Part shown: in pieces, positions 20,246 through 30,837 of the stretch | Numbering within the stretch: the first letter of the stretch is position 1 | Layout of the letters: every line of letters begins with the position of its first letter | DNA from: Patescibacteria group bacterium | GTDB lineage: Bacteria; Patescibacteriota; Patescibacteriia; Patescibacteriales; BS150m-G62 | Length of the DNA stretch: 64,000 bases | Direction: 5' to 3' | NCBI GenBank assembly: GCA_016784175.1 | Contig: JADHVC010000001.1 | Coordinates: 5,567-69,566, forward strand | Notes under the pieces: model-generated | Told to the model about the DNA's origin: nothing | Databases searched by the model: none | What the model saw: the letters and a program-made list of their open reading frames with translations, nothing else | Position numbers and translations under genes: made by a program

Positions 20246-20620
20246 TTATTTTATCTCAAAACTTTTAAACGGGTCTTTTTTGCCCAAATTTATATCAATA
20301 ACCTCAGCCGAATTTTCTCTAAGTGATCTAAACTTAGGATCATAAAATAACTCAATATCAAAATATCTTTGTATTTTAGACATTACATCCTCCCCATCCA
20401 CCTTATCCTTATTAATATCCACAATAGCACTCGATCTTGATCCATAATAAGCAGGTAGCCCCAGATCTGGCTCAGTCAAATCAAATGTCTTAACATAATA
20501 ACTATAAGTTAAATAAATAGTTCCAACCACCATAGTAAGTATAATAGCTGAATGCACTGCTAATTTTTTCTTTTGTGTTACTTTTGTTGCAATTAACATT
20601 TTATTTTTGATAATAAGCAA
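20246..20620 (-). CDS. small membrane-anchored protein (PilP-like position)
   Basis: 124 aa, single N-terminal TM segment, located between pilO-like and pilB. Assignment rests on position only. Confidence 0.35.
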   Translation of the reverse strand: MLIIKNKMLIATKVTQKKKLAVHSAIILTMVVGTIYLTYSYYVKTFDLTEPDLGLPAYYGSRSSAIVDINKDKVDGEDVMSKIQRYFDIELFYDPKFRSLRENSAEVIDINLGKKDPFKSFEIK

Positions 20621-21158
20621 GAATTATTAAACTAGAACCCTTTCCCCCAGGTGCAAAAGTTAATGATTGTATATCCATCAATCTTAAATTATTCTCAAGC
20701 GATCTTAACAAATTCTTAAAACCTAAATAATCAGCTCCCACAACATTAATATTAATTTCCGCACTACCAATGTCTGGTGTTAAATTTTTCGCCTCCCTAG
20801 TAGTAATATTAGAAAGAAACAGCCCATTTTGCATCATAATAACCTCCATCTGTTTTATCAACTCCTCAAGCTCAATTTTCTTCGGTAAAATTTTATCCAA
20901 CTTGGCTATATTCTTACTATCAATACTGTCATAAACAATTGTTAATTCTTCCAACCTAGACAACTCACTCTTCAATGACAAATATCTTTGTTCACGCACC
21001 GCAGCCTCACTTCCTACTCGCTCATCTGCTGATTGCTTCTTTGGCAAAAGAATAAAAAAATAACTACCGATTAAAATACCAAGTACAATAACAATAACAA
21101 TTGTATTAAAATAATACCCTAGATAATAATTTATTTGTTTTTGATACGGTATATTCAT
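20601..21158 (-). CDS. PilO-like pilus assembly protein
   Basis: 185 aa with a short cytoplasmic N-terminus, one TM, a coiled-coil segment, then a C-terminal globular domain. This is the PilN/PilO architecture, and it sits in the pilMNOP position. Confidence 0.5.
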   Translation of the reverse strand: MNIPYQKQINYYLGYYFNTIVIVIVLGILIGSYFFILLPKKQSADERVGSEAAVREQRYLSLKSELSRLEELTIVYDSIDSKNIAKLDKILPKKIELEELIKQMEVIMMQNGLFLSNITTREAKNLTPDIGSAEININVVGADYLGFKNLLRSLENNLRLMDIQSLTFAPGGKGSSLIILAYYQK

Positions 21159-21159
21159 T

Positions 21160-22995
21160 TTATTTTTTAAATACTTCAGGATTAATCTCTATATCGATAC
21201 TAAAATCAACCAAATCTACTGCTCCACCTTCCGAGCCAGAAACACTTCCTCCAGTAGTACTAACCATAAATACATTCTCATTCGTTCTCAAAGATTTTAT
21301 TTGCTCCGCCAACACATTAAAGCTACGAGCCTTTGCGTTCAACGCGTACTCACCAGACACATCACCTGAAAAACCCGACAAATACACATCATCAGATATT
21401 GAATTTTCAAGAAACTTAAAAAAATTGGTCCAATATATATGCTCTGACAATAAACCCTTTACAAGTTCCATTTTCTTTTGAAACCTTAAAATATTATCTA
21501 CATTTCGATTAGCTACTTCTATTTTCTGATTTGTTTGATCAATTTTTTCTAATAACATTTCACTAACTACCTGCTTTTGAGCCTCCTGAACATCCAGATA
21601 TCTATAAGATACTGCTACCGTCCCAACAGCCACCCCAACTCCAACAACAAGCATCATTAAATTTCGTTTCCAGTTTATATATATTGCAACCTCTCCTCTA
21701 ACAAGATTAGCTCTAAGAATATCAGGATTCATCCACTTAATCTTTTTTAACTCCTTCTCTCTAAGCTTTCTACCCGCCATATCCTCTTTAGCCTTAGCTT
21801 TAGCTCCCTTATCAATTTCATTTTTGGCCTCAACTTTCTTTTTAGCATCATCGGTTACTTTATCGCGAGACAACACTCGATGTAAAAAAGATTTTTTACT
21901 AACTAATTGTTTCCTTTCTAATTCCTTATCATTAATTTTTAACATCTTCTCTGCCTCAATAGACGCTACCTGATCAGCTTCCTTTTTCTCACCCGATTCT
22001 TTTTTAATAAGAGACTTCTTTCTTAAATCTAAAAGACCTTTTGCAGTTTCAGCTTTCTTTTTAGCTTCAGCTTTTTTTGATGCATTTTCTTGAAGTAAGT
22101 ATTGAAGCTTTTGCTTCATAAAACCATCTTGTGTTTTTTCTTGGCCATTAACTATACTACCAATTTTTCTTCCACGAAAAGCATTCACCAAACCACTAAA
22201 GGCGGAACTCAATTTCACTTGCCTACGTCTCTTTGCTTCCGCTCGCAATTGCTCTCTAGACCTACGCGCAGAAGCTTTTCTTTCCTTTTCTATTAAACTT
22301 TTTTTCTTCAGCGTTTTTGTGTACAACTTTGCAGCTTTCAAATACTTAATTCTCTCATTTTCCAACAACTCCTTCTTTTTCAATCTAGCATCTTTTAATG
22401 CTTTTCTTTTCTCTATAAATCCACGCCAAACTATCTTAAAATTATTACTTTTTGCCTTTTTACTCTTTGCTTTTGATTCTTTTAATTTCCTTAAAGCTTC
22501 AGCCCTTTTCAGCACAGAAGCTTTTTTATTTTCTTCTGCCAAAATCTTAGCATCAGCATGTACCTTCAACATCAATAATTTGTTTTTCTTTTTATCTAAT
22601 AACTTCTCTTTTCCAAATAAAAAATCTCTCAGATTAGTTACTGGCTTAGAATTCACTAGTGTATCTTTTTTTTCTGCTACTGATTTACCTTGAGCCTTCA
22701 CTGAAGTCTTTTTTAATTCTAAAGCTACCACTTCGCGAGACTCTTTTGCAGCCTTTTTTTCTTGCACCTTTTTTTTATTTTTAACTTTTAATGCAAGCTT
22801 TCTAGCTTTTTTTATCTCAAGCTTATTTCGACTTTCTTTTAATAAATCAATTTGCTCCTTTTTAATTTTATTAGCCTTCCCAGATGCAGTAAAGCTAGAA
22901 AAAAAAGAACTACGCTGTAGCTCATTCTTTAAAGAACTAAGCATTTTAGCGCGAGCTTCTTTTAAATCAATTTTAGAATCCCCCCTTTTGAGCAT
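21160..22995 (-). CDS. PilN-like protein with about 440-aa Lys/Glu/Arg-rich low-complexity N-terminal extension
   Basis: The C-terminal roughly 170 aa (..ILRANLVRGEVAIYINWKRN + TM LMMLVVGVGVAVGTVAV + periplasmic domain) match PilN architecture. The N-terminal roughly 440 aa is extremely charged and coiled-coil-like (KKAAKESREVVALELKK..., RRSREQLRAEAKRRRQ). Confidence 0.5.
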   Translation of the reverse strand: MLKRGDSKIDLKEARAKMLSSLKNELQRSSFFSSFTASGKANKIKKEQIDLLKESRNKLEIKKARKLALKVKNKKKVQEKKAAKESREVVALELKKTSVKAQGKSVAEKKDTLVNSKPVTNLRDFLFGKEKLLDKKKNKLLMLKVHADAKILAEENKKASVLKRAEALRKLKESKAKSKKAKSNNFKIVWRGFIEKRKALKDARLKKKELLENERIKYLKAAKLYTKTLKKKSLIEKERKASARRSREQLRAEAKRRRQVKLSSAFSGLVNAFRGRKIGSIVNGQEKTQDGFMKQKLQYLLQENASKKAEAKKKAETAKGLLDLRKKSLIKKESGEKKEADQVASIEAEKMLKINDKELERKQLVSKKSFLHRVLSRDKVTDDAKKKVEAKNEIDKGAKAKAKEDMAGRKLREKELKKIKWMNPDILRANLVRGEVAIYINWKRNLMMLVVGVGVAVGTVAVSYRYLDVQEAQKQVVSEMLLEKIDQTNQKIEVANRNVDNILRFQKKMELVKGLLSEHIYWTNFFKFLENSISDDVYLSGFSGDVSGEYALNAKARSFNVLAEQIKSLRTNENVFMVSTTGGSVSGSEGGAVDLVDFSIDIEINPEVFKK

Positions 22996-23060
22996 AGATG
23001 TTTATATTATTAAAAATATTTTTTTGAACCAAAGCTTTAATAAGACACACAAGAAATAGT

Positions 23061-24122
23061 TTAAGCGACATCTCTCATTGCCAGTCCAACCGCAACCGCC
23101 ATCTTCGGACCAATTTGATCCAATGTCTCTCGTAAATCATTGGGATAAATTACTCTTGCCCAAGGATCACCCACAACAACCTTCTTGTCCAATTCTTTTG
23201 ATAATAACGTACTAAAATTAATCAACATAGATGAACCACCCGATAGAATTATTTTTTCAACTTCAACATCGTTGCTATTTTTAAATAGATTTAACGCGTA
23301 TTTAATTTCATTTACAATCGGGGAAAGAGTTTCTTTGATTGTCTTTGGAACCGTCTCTTCAGCTAGGTCCAATGAGCTTAAACCTAAATCACACTTAAAT
23401 TGTTCTGCTCTACCGATATCTACTTTTAGGCTTCCTGCAACAGCCCTCGAAATAAGAAGTCCACCAATATCAATACTTCGGCTGTGCATAGGTATAGAAT
23501 TAATAATCATTGAAATATCTGTAGTATTTGCTCCCACCTCAACAATAAGAAATGGAGACTTATCATTCCCTACTAAAGCCCTAACCAACGAAAAAGTTTC
23601 CGTTTCAAGACTTAATAAATTTAGCTGAGCTTTTTTAAAAATATTAATATAGTTCGTTACAAGATTTTTTGGCGCACCCGTAATCAGTACCTTTATCATA
23701 TCATCGCCTTGCTTTTCTTCATTACCCACTACTCCAGGATCTTCAATCTTTCTCCAATCCAATACCATCTCATCAAGAGGTAATGGAATTATTTTTTTTG
23801 CCTCCCATCTAACTGCAGAGTCAAGTGATTTTTCTGGAGCTGACTTTAAACTTAAAACAGAAGAAAACACTGCAAATGTTGGTAAAGCGCCAACTACATT
23901 TCTCGACTGAATTTTACTTTTTTTCAAAACCTCACTAATCGATCGAGCAATATTATCAACATCTAGTTTTGCACCAATATCAATCTTCTCAATTTTCTTC
24001 TCACTGAACCCATAGTTCGACAACATAACAGAATTTCCACTTTTCAACAGCTCAACAATCTTAACACCAGATGTGCCAATATCAACTCCGACAAAATTTT
24101 TATTAGAAGAAAATATTCCCAT
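23061..24122 (-). CDS. pilM: type IV pilus assembly protein PilM (actin-like ATPase fold)
   Basis: N-terminus ..FVGVDIGTSGVKIVEL is the PilM/FtsA-like phosphate-1 motif. 353 aa. First gene of the minus-strand pilus operon. Confidence 0.8.
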   Translation of the reverse strand: MGIFSSNKNFVGVDIGTSGVKIVELLKSGNSVMLSNYGFSEKKIEKIDIGAKLDVDNIARSISEVLKKSKIQSRNVVGALPTFAVFSSVLSLKSAPEKSLDSAVRWEAKKIIPLPLDEMVLDWRKIEDPGVVGNEEKQGDDMIKVLITGAPKNLVTNYINIFKKAQLNLLSLETETFSLVRALVGNDKSPFLIVEVGANTTDISMIINSIPMHSRSIDIGGLLISRAVAGSLKVDIGRAEQFKCDLGLSSLDLAEETVPKTIKETLSPIVNEIKYALNLFKNSNDVEVEKIILSGGSSMLINFSTLLSKELDKKVVVGDPWARVIYPNDLRETLDQIGPKMAVAVGLAMRDVA

Positions 24123-24347
24123 ATTTAGAATTTATTTAAACTTAATTTTTTATCTATTATTATTAAACTAGAGCTTTTATATTCTACTTATTTATAATAT
24201 AATGATTATAGGCTCTTAATGAATAGACAAGTACACTTAAAAAGTTTTACACATTTTACATTTCTATTATATCACAATTAAAAACAACTACCTAATTTAT
24301 AAATGTGTACATTTTTACATAATTTAATAATTAATTAAAATAAATAA

Positions 24348-25580
24348 ATGAATTTTTTCACTCAATATAAAAAAGTTTTTCTTGTTATTAGCTTTATCGG
24401 AATAGTGTTTCTAATCGCCTATGCAATATATAGTTTATTCTTTAAAGCAATGCTACCGACAGATCAGGATGAAGAGCCAATTGATATTACGACCCCATCT
24501 CCATTACCAATTGCCGGTGAAGGCAAAATAAATATTCAAGAGCCTACTGACACTGAAGAACTTCCAAGCAGCGAAGAAATAAAAAAACCAAGTGCGATCG
24601 CATTGGGCGGAATAACACAAGTAAAAAACATAACAGACCATGCTACTATAGGTAATAGCATTTCCATGGATGGTAAAAATGTAAACTTTTATGACAAAGA
24701 AGATGGTAAGTTTTACACAACAACTAGTGATGGCACAATCAAAGCTCTCTCAGAAAAACAATTTTATAATGTAGGTAGTGTCACCTGGTCTCCAATAAAA
24801 CAAAAAGCTATTATCGAGTACCCAGATGGAGCAAATATCATTTATGATTTTGAAACAGAAAAACAAGTTACACTTCCGGCTCATTGGGAAGAATTTAAAT
24901 TTTCACCCAATGGCGATAAAATAGCACTAAAAAGTATTGGGCTTGACCCAAATAATCGTTGGCTTGCAACTGTTAATGATGATGGCTCTGGGGCAAAGAA
25001 AATTGAATCAATTGGACTAAATGCCGAAAATATCCATACTAGCTGGTCACCGAACAACCAAGTAATAGGTCTAGAAACTGAGGGGATTGATGGAGACAGA
25101 CAAAAAGTATACTTTATTGGACTAAACAAAGAAAACTTCAAATCAACTGTTATTAATGGAAGAGGCTTTGAACATCTTTGGACCCCACAAGGCGACAAAC
25201 TAGTATATTCAGCCTACTCTTCACTAACAGACGACAAGCCAAGCGTCTGGACAGTCAACGCCTCAGGAGATTCAATTGGGTCGAATAGAAAAAGATTAAA
25301 TGTCGAAACTTGGGCATCTAAATGCACAATCCACGATGAAAATAATCTATACTGCGCAGTTCCGGACGAACTACCAAAAGGTGCTGGAATATTTCCAGAA
25401 CTAGCCAAAACTACCAATGATAATTTTTATAAAATCGACATTAAAACTGGAACAAAAAAATTAATAGCCATTCCTGAAAGCCAAGTATCAGCTTCCGATT
25501 TGATTGTCTCTGATGATGGTCAATATCTATATTACAAAAATAATACGACCGAAGGAATTCAACAACTAAAACTAAAATAA
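24348..25580 (+). CDS. secreted/membrane-anchored PD40 (TolB-like) beta-propeller repeat protein
   Basis: N-terminal TM/signal segment. Repeated WSP..Q/SPNGDKIAL motifs resemble PD40 repeats. Confidence 0.45.
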   Translation: MNFFTQYKKVFLVISFIGIVFLIAYAIYSLFFKAMLPTDQDEEPIDITTPSPLPIAGEGKINIQEPTDTEELPSSEEIKKPSAIALGGITQVKNITDHATIGNSISMDGKNVNFYDKEDGKFYTTTSDGTIKALSEKQFYNVGSVTWSPIKQKAIIEYPDGANIIYDFETEKQVTLPAHWEEFKFSPNGDKIALKSIGLDPNNRWLATVNDDGSGAKKIESIGLNAENIHTSWSPNNQVIGLETEGIDGDRQKVYFIGLNKENFKSTVINGRGFEHLWTPQGDKLVYSAYSSLTDDKPSVWTVNASGDSIGSNRKRLNVETWASKCTIHDENNLYCAVPDELPKGAGIFPELAKTTNDNFYKIDIKTGTKKLIAIPESQVSASDLIVSDDGQYLYYKNNTTEGIQQLKLK

Positions 25581-25592
25581 TTTAAGAATTAC

Positions 25593-26324
25593 ATGCAAAA
25601 AAAAACAAAATTATTTATCATCGCCTCTTTTACAGCACTAATCTTTGTGCCAGTAGCTATCAAATATTTGAACTTTCAAGCATTTAAATATGCACCAGAA
25701 AAATCCGTTCAAGAACAAAAAGCCAACCAACAAACAAAAGAGTATCAAGGATACGACACGAGTGATCCCTTTATAACAAAAACTACCAACTTAGAGCAAT
25801 TGCTGAAAGGTCCAATCATCACAGACATTGATGAGGTATTCGGCCCAGCAACTGCAAAGGTTACAATTACCTATTTTGGAGATTACGACTGTAAGCATTG
25901 CCTCAAACAACTAGAAACAATTAAAAGCATTGTAAAAAAAGAATATGCAAAAGACGTAAAATTTGTCTGGAAAGACTTTCTGACTAGCTCTGATAAAGAA
26001 TCCCTTAGTTACAATTTAGCTATTGCCAACAGGTGTGCAGGAGAGCAAAATAAATTTTGGGAATTTCAAGATCAAATTATAAACATTAAAGAAGTTAATG
26101 TTTTCAACTCAATAGATACTGCATCAAAACTCAACTTAAATATCGATGATTTTAAAAATTGCACCGACAATAACAATGCAATATTAACCATCGAGGACAA
26201 CAAAAAAGAAGGTTACGCATTGAATATACCTGGAGTACCATTCATATATATAAATAAGCAAGAATTTATGGGAGAATTAACTGAAGAAGAATTAAGAAGA
26301 GTAATTAAACTAGAATTAAAATAG
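25593..26324 (+). CDS. DsbA-like thiol:disulfide oxidoreductase (thioredoxin fold)
   Basis: Signal/TM N-terminus and a CxxC active site (YFGDYDCKHCLKQ). Confidence 0.65.
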   Translation: MQKKTKLFIIASFTALIFVPVAIKYLNFQAFKYAPEKSVQEQKANQQTKEYQGYDTSDPFITKTTNLEQLLKGPIITDIDEVFGPATAKVTITYFGDYDCKHCLKQLETIKSIVKKEYAKDVKFVWKDFLTSSDKESLSYNLAIANRCAGEQNKFWEFQDQIINIKEVNVFNSIDTASKLNLNIDDFKNCTDNNNAILTIEDNKKEGYALNIPGVPFIYINKQEFMGELTEEELRRVIKLELK

Positions 26325-26336
26325 CTCACTAAACCA

Positions 26337-26360
26337 AAAGGCACTCAATGTGCCTTTTTT
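26337..26360 (+). terminator. intrinsic terminator after the dsbA-like gene
   Basis: aaaggcac-tcaa-tgtgccttt hairpin followed by tttttt. Confidence 0.6.
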
Positions 26361-26514
26361 GACACGAAAAATATTTAAATGTTAGAATTTAGATCTAAGT
26401 GTAAATAATCCCATGAATTTTAAAAAAATCAACAACTCAATAATTAGACTTGATCGTGACTACAGGCTAAACAGAAAATACTAGTTTTATTTAATTATTA
26501 ATTACCCTATATAT

Positions 26515-27753
26515 ATGAACTACTCTACCCTATCTCAAAAAGACCCAGAAATTTACAAATCGGTTTACAAGGAAATCAAACGCCAATCAGAAGAAATGGA
26601 GTTAATTGCTTCTGAAAACTATGTCTCTAAAGCGGTTCTAGAAGCTCTTGCAACTCCACTAACCAATAAATACTCCGAAGGCTATCCTGGTAAAAGATAT
26701 TATGGTGGCAATCAAGTAATAGACGAAGTAGAAACTATTGCTATCAATCGAGTAAAGAAACTTTTTTCCGCCGAACATGTAAATGTGCAACCCCTAAGCG
26801 GATCCCCTGCTAACGCTGCAGTTTACTTTGCTTTCCTTAAACCAGGCGATAAAGTTATGGGACTAAAACTTGACCATGGCGGTCACCTTTCACACGGTCA
26901 CCCTGTAAACTTCTCTGGCATGCTATATAACTTTGTTCAATATGGTGTATCAGATAAAGACGGCTATATCAACATGGATGAAGTTGAAGAAATTGCTCTA
27001 AGAGAAAAACCAAAGATGATAGTTGCCGGATTCAGTGCATATTCACGCGAAATAGACTGGAAACGCTTTAAAGAAATTGCTGATAAGATCGGAGCGTTCA
27101 CCTTTGGCGACATCGCTCACACTGCTGGACTAATTGCAGCTGGTGCTATGAACAACCCAGTACCAATATTTGATGTAACCTCAACTACCACACACAAAAC
27201 CCTCCGTGGGCCACGAGGCGCAATAATAATGTGCAAAGCACAATTTGCCAAACAAGTTGACCGTGCAGTCTTCCCTGGCATGCAAGGCGGACCACACAAC
27301 CATATGACAGCCGCTAAAGCAGTAGCCTTTAGAGAAGCGTTACAACCAGAGTTCAAAGAATATGCCGCCCAAGTCATAAAAAATGCTCAAGCCATGGCAA
27401 AAAGCTTTCTTGATCTAGGCTATAGAGTAATATCTGGCGGCACAGACAATCACTTAATCGTCGTAGACATGACCTCAAAAAACCTAAGTGGCAAAGAAGC
27501 TGAAGTTGCGCTAGAAAAGATTGGAATTTCTGTTAGCAGATCCACCATTCCAAACGACACAAACCCACCAATGAACCCAAGTGGTATAAGATTTGGCACT
27601 GCAGCTATCACAACAAGAGGTATAAAAGAAAAAGAAATCATCAAAATCGTTGAATTAATAAATAAAGCAATCGAGAACAAAGAAAACGATAATATATTAA
27701 GTGAAATAAAAAGCAATATTCGCGAAATGTGCTTAGCATTTCCAATTTACTGA
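26515..27753 (+). CDS. glyA: serine hydroxymethyltransferase
   Basis: Full-length SHMT. The PLP-lysine region TTTHKTLRGPRG is conserved. Confidence 0.9.
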   Translation: MNYSTLSQKDPEIYKSVYKEIKRQSEEMELIASENYVSKAVLEALATPLTNKYSEGYPGKRYYGGNQVIDEVETIAINRVKKLFSAEHVNVQPLSGSPANAAVYFAFLKPGDKVMGLKLDHGGHLSHGHPVNFSGMLYNFVQYGVSDKDGYINMDEVEEIALREKPKMIVAGFSAYSREIDWKRFKEIADKIGAFTFGDIAHTAGLIAAGAMNNPVPIFDVTSTTTHKTLRGPRGAIIMCKAQFAKQVDRAVFPGMQGGPHNHMTAAKAVAFREALQPEFKEYAAQVIKNAQAMAKSFLDLGYRVISGGTDNHLIVVDMTSKNLSGKEAEVALEKIGISVSRSTIPNDTNPPMNPSGIRFGTAAITTRGIKEKEIIKIVELINKAIENKENDNILSEIKSNIREMCLAFPIY

Positions 27754-28910
27754 TGAACTATAACGAAGAATCAATCAAACTACACCAAAAAACAAGAGGC
27801 AAAATCGAAATTAAATCAAAAGTAAACCTAATCACCAGAGACGATCTTTCTCTTGCCTACACACCAGGCGTTGGTGCTGTCTGCCAAGAAATTGCTAAAA
27901 ATCCGTCTAGCTCATGGACGCTAACTAATAGAGCTAACCAAGTAGCGATTGTCACTGATGGCTCTGCAATATTGGGTCTTGGTGACTTAGGCCCCGAAGC
28001 TGCCATGCCAGTTATGGAAGGCAAGTCGATAATATTTAAAGAATTTGCAGACATAGACGCAATCCCCCTTTGTATTAACACCAAAAATACAGAGGAGATA
28101 ATCCAATTTTGCAAAAATATCGAACCCAGTTTCGCCGGCATCAACCTAGAAGACATCTCTGCACCAAGATGTTTCGAAATACTCAAAAGACTAGAAGAAG
28201 AACTTAACATTCCAATTTTTCATGATGACCAAGATGGCACCGCAATAGTCGCCCTCGCCGCCTTAATCAACGCCTGCCAACTAACCAATAAAGACATCAA
28301 AACATTAAAAATAGTCATAAATGGAGCAGGTGCAGCCGGCATAGCAATAGCTAAATTACTCTACTTCTATGGCATAAGAGACATAACCCTTGTTGATAGC
28401 AAAGAAATAATATGTAATCTTAGGTTAGATTTGAACCCTATTAAACAAGAGATCATAAAACAAATCAATCATGAAAAAAACATAAAAACTCCTGACAGTA
28501 GTAAAATTTGTGGCAACCTCGAAGATGCTTTTGTCAAAACAGATGTCTTTATCGGAGTATCCGTTGGAAATTTAGTATCCAAAGAGATGGTAAAGTCTAT
28601 GAACGCTAACCCTATCATCCTTGCAATGGCTAACCCTATTCCAGAAATTATGCCCAACGATGCATACGCTGCTGGAGCAGCTATAGTCGGCACAGGCAGA
28701 TCAGACTTTCCCAACCAAATTAATAATGCCCTAGTATTCCCAGGAATATTCAAAGGCCTTCTAGAAAACAAAGTAAAGCATGTCACCAAAGAAATGAAAA
28801 TCGCCACCGCCATAGCTATCGCCCAGACCATACAACCCACAAAAGATCAGATCCTTCCCTCTATCACAAACAAAAAAGTAGTTGACGCCATCGCAGAGGT
28901 TATAAGATAA
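27729..28910 (+). CDS. NAD(P)-dependent malic enzyme (short form)
   Basis: Malic enzyme N-terminal and NAD-binding domains (VNGAGAAGIAIAKLL Rossmann motif). Overlaps glyA by 25 nt. Confidence 0.85.
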   Translation: MLSISNLLMNYNEESIKLHQKTRGKIEIKSKVNLITRDDLSLAYTPGVGAVCQEIAKNPSSSWTLTNRANQVAIVTDGSAILGLGDLGPEAAMPVMEGKSIIFKEFADIDAIPLCINTKNTEEIIQFCKNIEPSFAGINLEDISAPRCFEILKRLEEELNIPIFHDDQDGTAIVALAALINACQLTNKDIKTLKIVINGAGAAGIAIAKLLYFYGIRDITLVDSKEIICNLRLDLNPIKQEIIKQINHEKNIKTPDSSKICGNLEDAFVKTDVFIGVSVGNLVSKEMVKSMNANPIILAMANPIPEIMPNDAYAAGAAIVGTGRSDFPNQINNALVFPGIFKGLLENKVKHVTKEMKIATAIAIAQTIQPTKDQILPSITNKKVVDAIAEVIR

Positions 28911-28914
28911 ACTC

Positions 28915-28950
28915 AAAAAAAGAGCTTTCACAAGAAAGTTCTTTTTTTTA
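28915..28950 (+). terminator. intrinsic terminator after the malic enzyme gene
   Basis: aaagagctttc-acaa-gaaagttcttt hairpin followed by a T8 run. Confidence 0.55.
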
Positions 28951-29162
28951 TAATCATGATTAAGTTATTTTACTCGACAATTATACCAAAAGGCTATGAA
29001 TATCTATAAAAGTGTTAGAGGCACCTTTATTCTTTTTAACAATTAGATGAGCTCCGCTAATACTATGATTATCTCACAACAAGTTACACTTTATTTTAAA
29101 ATTATCATTTCAAAATAAAAATTAATTTTTTGTAAATTTATTTTTATTGCTCCCTTCTCACC

Positions 29163-29191
29163 TTGAAAAAAATTAACCCTCGAGTTATAAT
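29163..29191 (+). promoter_or_regulatory. near-consensus sigma70-type promoter cassette, copy 1 (TTGAAA-17-TATAAT)
   Basis: ttgaaa aaaattaaccctcgagt tataat. An almost identical cassette recurs at 30838. Confidence 0.5.
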
Positions 29192-29429
29192 AATAATCAA
29201 TAATCTAGCCAGTGCATCTAGGTGCCTATTTATAAAGCTAAGACGATGAATCGCTAAAACTAAATCTACAAAATGATTAATTAAGTATTATAATTTATAA
29301 ATATGAATAATTTAAAAAAAGAAGAAATTGAACAAATAATATTAGAATTTAAAAATTCTATTCAAGAAGAGACTAAAAAAGGTATCAAGGAAATAGAAGA
29401 AATTTTTAATAACTCAACAAAATAAATAT

Positions 29430-30122
29430 ATGTTTAACAAAATACCAACTAACAAAAGTCCACTTCAAAGTAATCCTATTGAGGATAACGTTGTTACAAC
29501 TAATAGGTCAGACACCTTAGAATTTGGAGAATCCCTCAGAAAAATGGATGAATTAAGTAAAAAAAAGATTGAAAAAATTATAACGAGCATGCTTGAAGAA
29601 TGCCAAACAAAAGAAGATATACAAAATATAATGAAAAGCTTAGTTGATACAGGCGAAATTGATACAATCGAATATAAAGAATTATTATTACTCATAAACT
29701 CAGATACTCCCGATAAAGACTTGTTTACAATAGGAATTAATAAAATAACAAATCTACCTGATTCTGTACGATTTAACTTTGTATCTGCCTTTCACAGAAT
29801 ATCCCAGAATATTGATGCTAAAAGTAAGACGAAGCAAGAAATAAAAGACAATATTAAAAGGCTATTTATTCTAACAGAAAATGAATATGAACGAGAAATT
29901 TTAATAGCAAGAGGATTTACAGAGTATCAAGTCAACGAAATTGTAAATATAGAAAAATCTGCATGGAACACTTTATACAATAAACTAATGGAACAAATTG
30001 ACTTACTAAAAGAAGAAAATATTAACAATATAATTATTAATATTTATTCATTCCTAAAGAGAAAAAATAAAAAAATCAGTGAGGTTTGGAAAGGAGTGGC
30101 TATGCACACAAGCGAATATTAA
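29430..30122 (+). CDS. hypothetical protein
   Basis: 230-aa ORF with no recognisable motifs. Confidence 0.3.
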   Translation: MFNKIPTNKSPLQSNPIEDNVVTTNRSDTLEFGESLRKMDELSKKKIEKIITSMLEECQTKEDIQNIMKSLVDTGEIDTIEYKELLLLINSDTPDKDLFTIGINKITNLPDSVRFNFVSAFHRISQNIDAKSKTKQEIKDNIKRLFILTENEYEREILIARGFTEYQVNEIVNIEKSAWNTLYNKLMEQIDLLKEENINNIIINIYSFLKRKNKKISEVWKGVAMHTSEY

Positions 30123-30170
30123 AAAAAAGCGTCCTAATTGTTAGGGCGCTATTATTTTAGCAAATCTATT

Positions 30171-30707
30171 TTAGATCTTTTTTATAAACTGATCTTCTTC
30201 ATAATTTTTCCAAATTCTGACTAAACCTTCATAATATATAACTTGATCGATACCTAACCACAGAAGAGAGAAGGCTCGTCTTACTGAGCCGCATAGCCTC
30301 ATCTGCCTTTTTTTTGATGTATATTCAGACTTCTTTGCGTCATAAATAAGTAACACATAGGCAAACTCCTCATTAATTGTGAAATAAAATGCTGGGTCTA
30401 TGTACATGTAACCAGGCTCATGCCATATTGAATACCTACCAATCCTAATAACCTTATCTTCATCTAGCTTACTCTCTTCAGCTAAACTAGTATTAAGATT
30501 GCCAAATCCAGGAACAGCAAGATCAAAATTAAAGAAAGTTTTATCTTTTTTCTTTATTTGTTTTGCCTGAAATATATCATATGGCACTCCTCCATAAGGA
30601 ACGAGCTCTATAAGTCTTTGTGCATCAGACAATTTAAATGTTTTTACTTTTGGGTCAAGGAGCCGGACAAGTAACTCGCCTGCCTCCATTTTTTGATACA
30701 TATCCAT
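30171..30707 (-). CDS. hypothetical protein
   Basis: 178-aa ORF, convergent with the upstream gene. No recognisable motifs. Confidence 0.3.
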   Translation of the reverse strand: MDMYQKMEAGELLVRLLDPKVKTFKLSDAQRLIELVPYGGVPYDIFQAKQIKKKDKTFFNFDLAVPGFGNLNTSLAEESKLDEDKVIRIGRYSIWHEPGYMYIDPAFYFTINEEFAYVLLIYDAKKSEYTSKKRQMRLCGSVRRAFSLLWLGIDQVIYYEGLVRIWKNYEEDQFIKKI

Positions 30708-30837
30708 GAAGGACTCCTCAATACCTTTAATTGTTAAAGTTCATTTCTTAAACCAATATTAAACCTATAATGATATTAGCAAACTATTGTAACATATGTC
30801 AAATACAATCATAATCCTCTTCTTGCATAAGCTCCTC

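Noticed and set aside
22102-22693. Plus-strand ORFs (22102-22296, 22319-22693) inside the PilN-like gene
   Set aside because: They are shadow ORFs generated by the Lys/Glu-rich low-complexity coding region on the opposite strand.
24123-24347. AT-rich region upstream of pilM and the divergent PD40 gene, as a specific promoter or operator
   Set aside because: It is extremely AT-rich with many TATAAT-like hexamers, so individual sites cannot be distinguished by eye.
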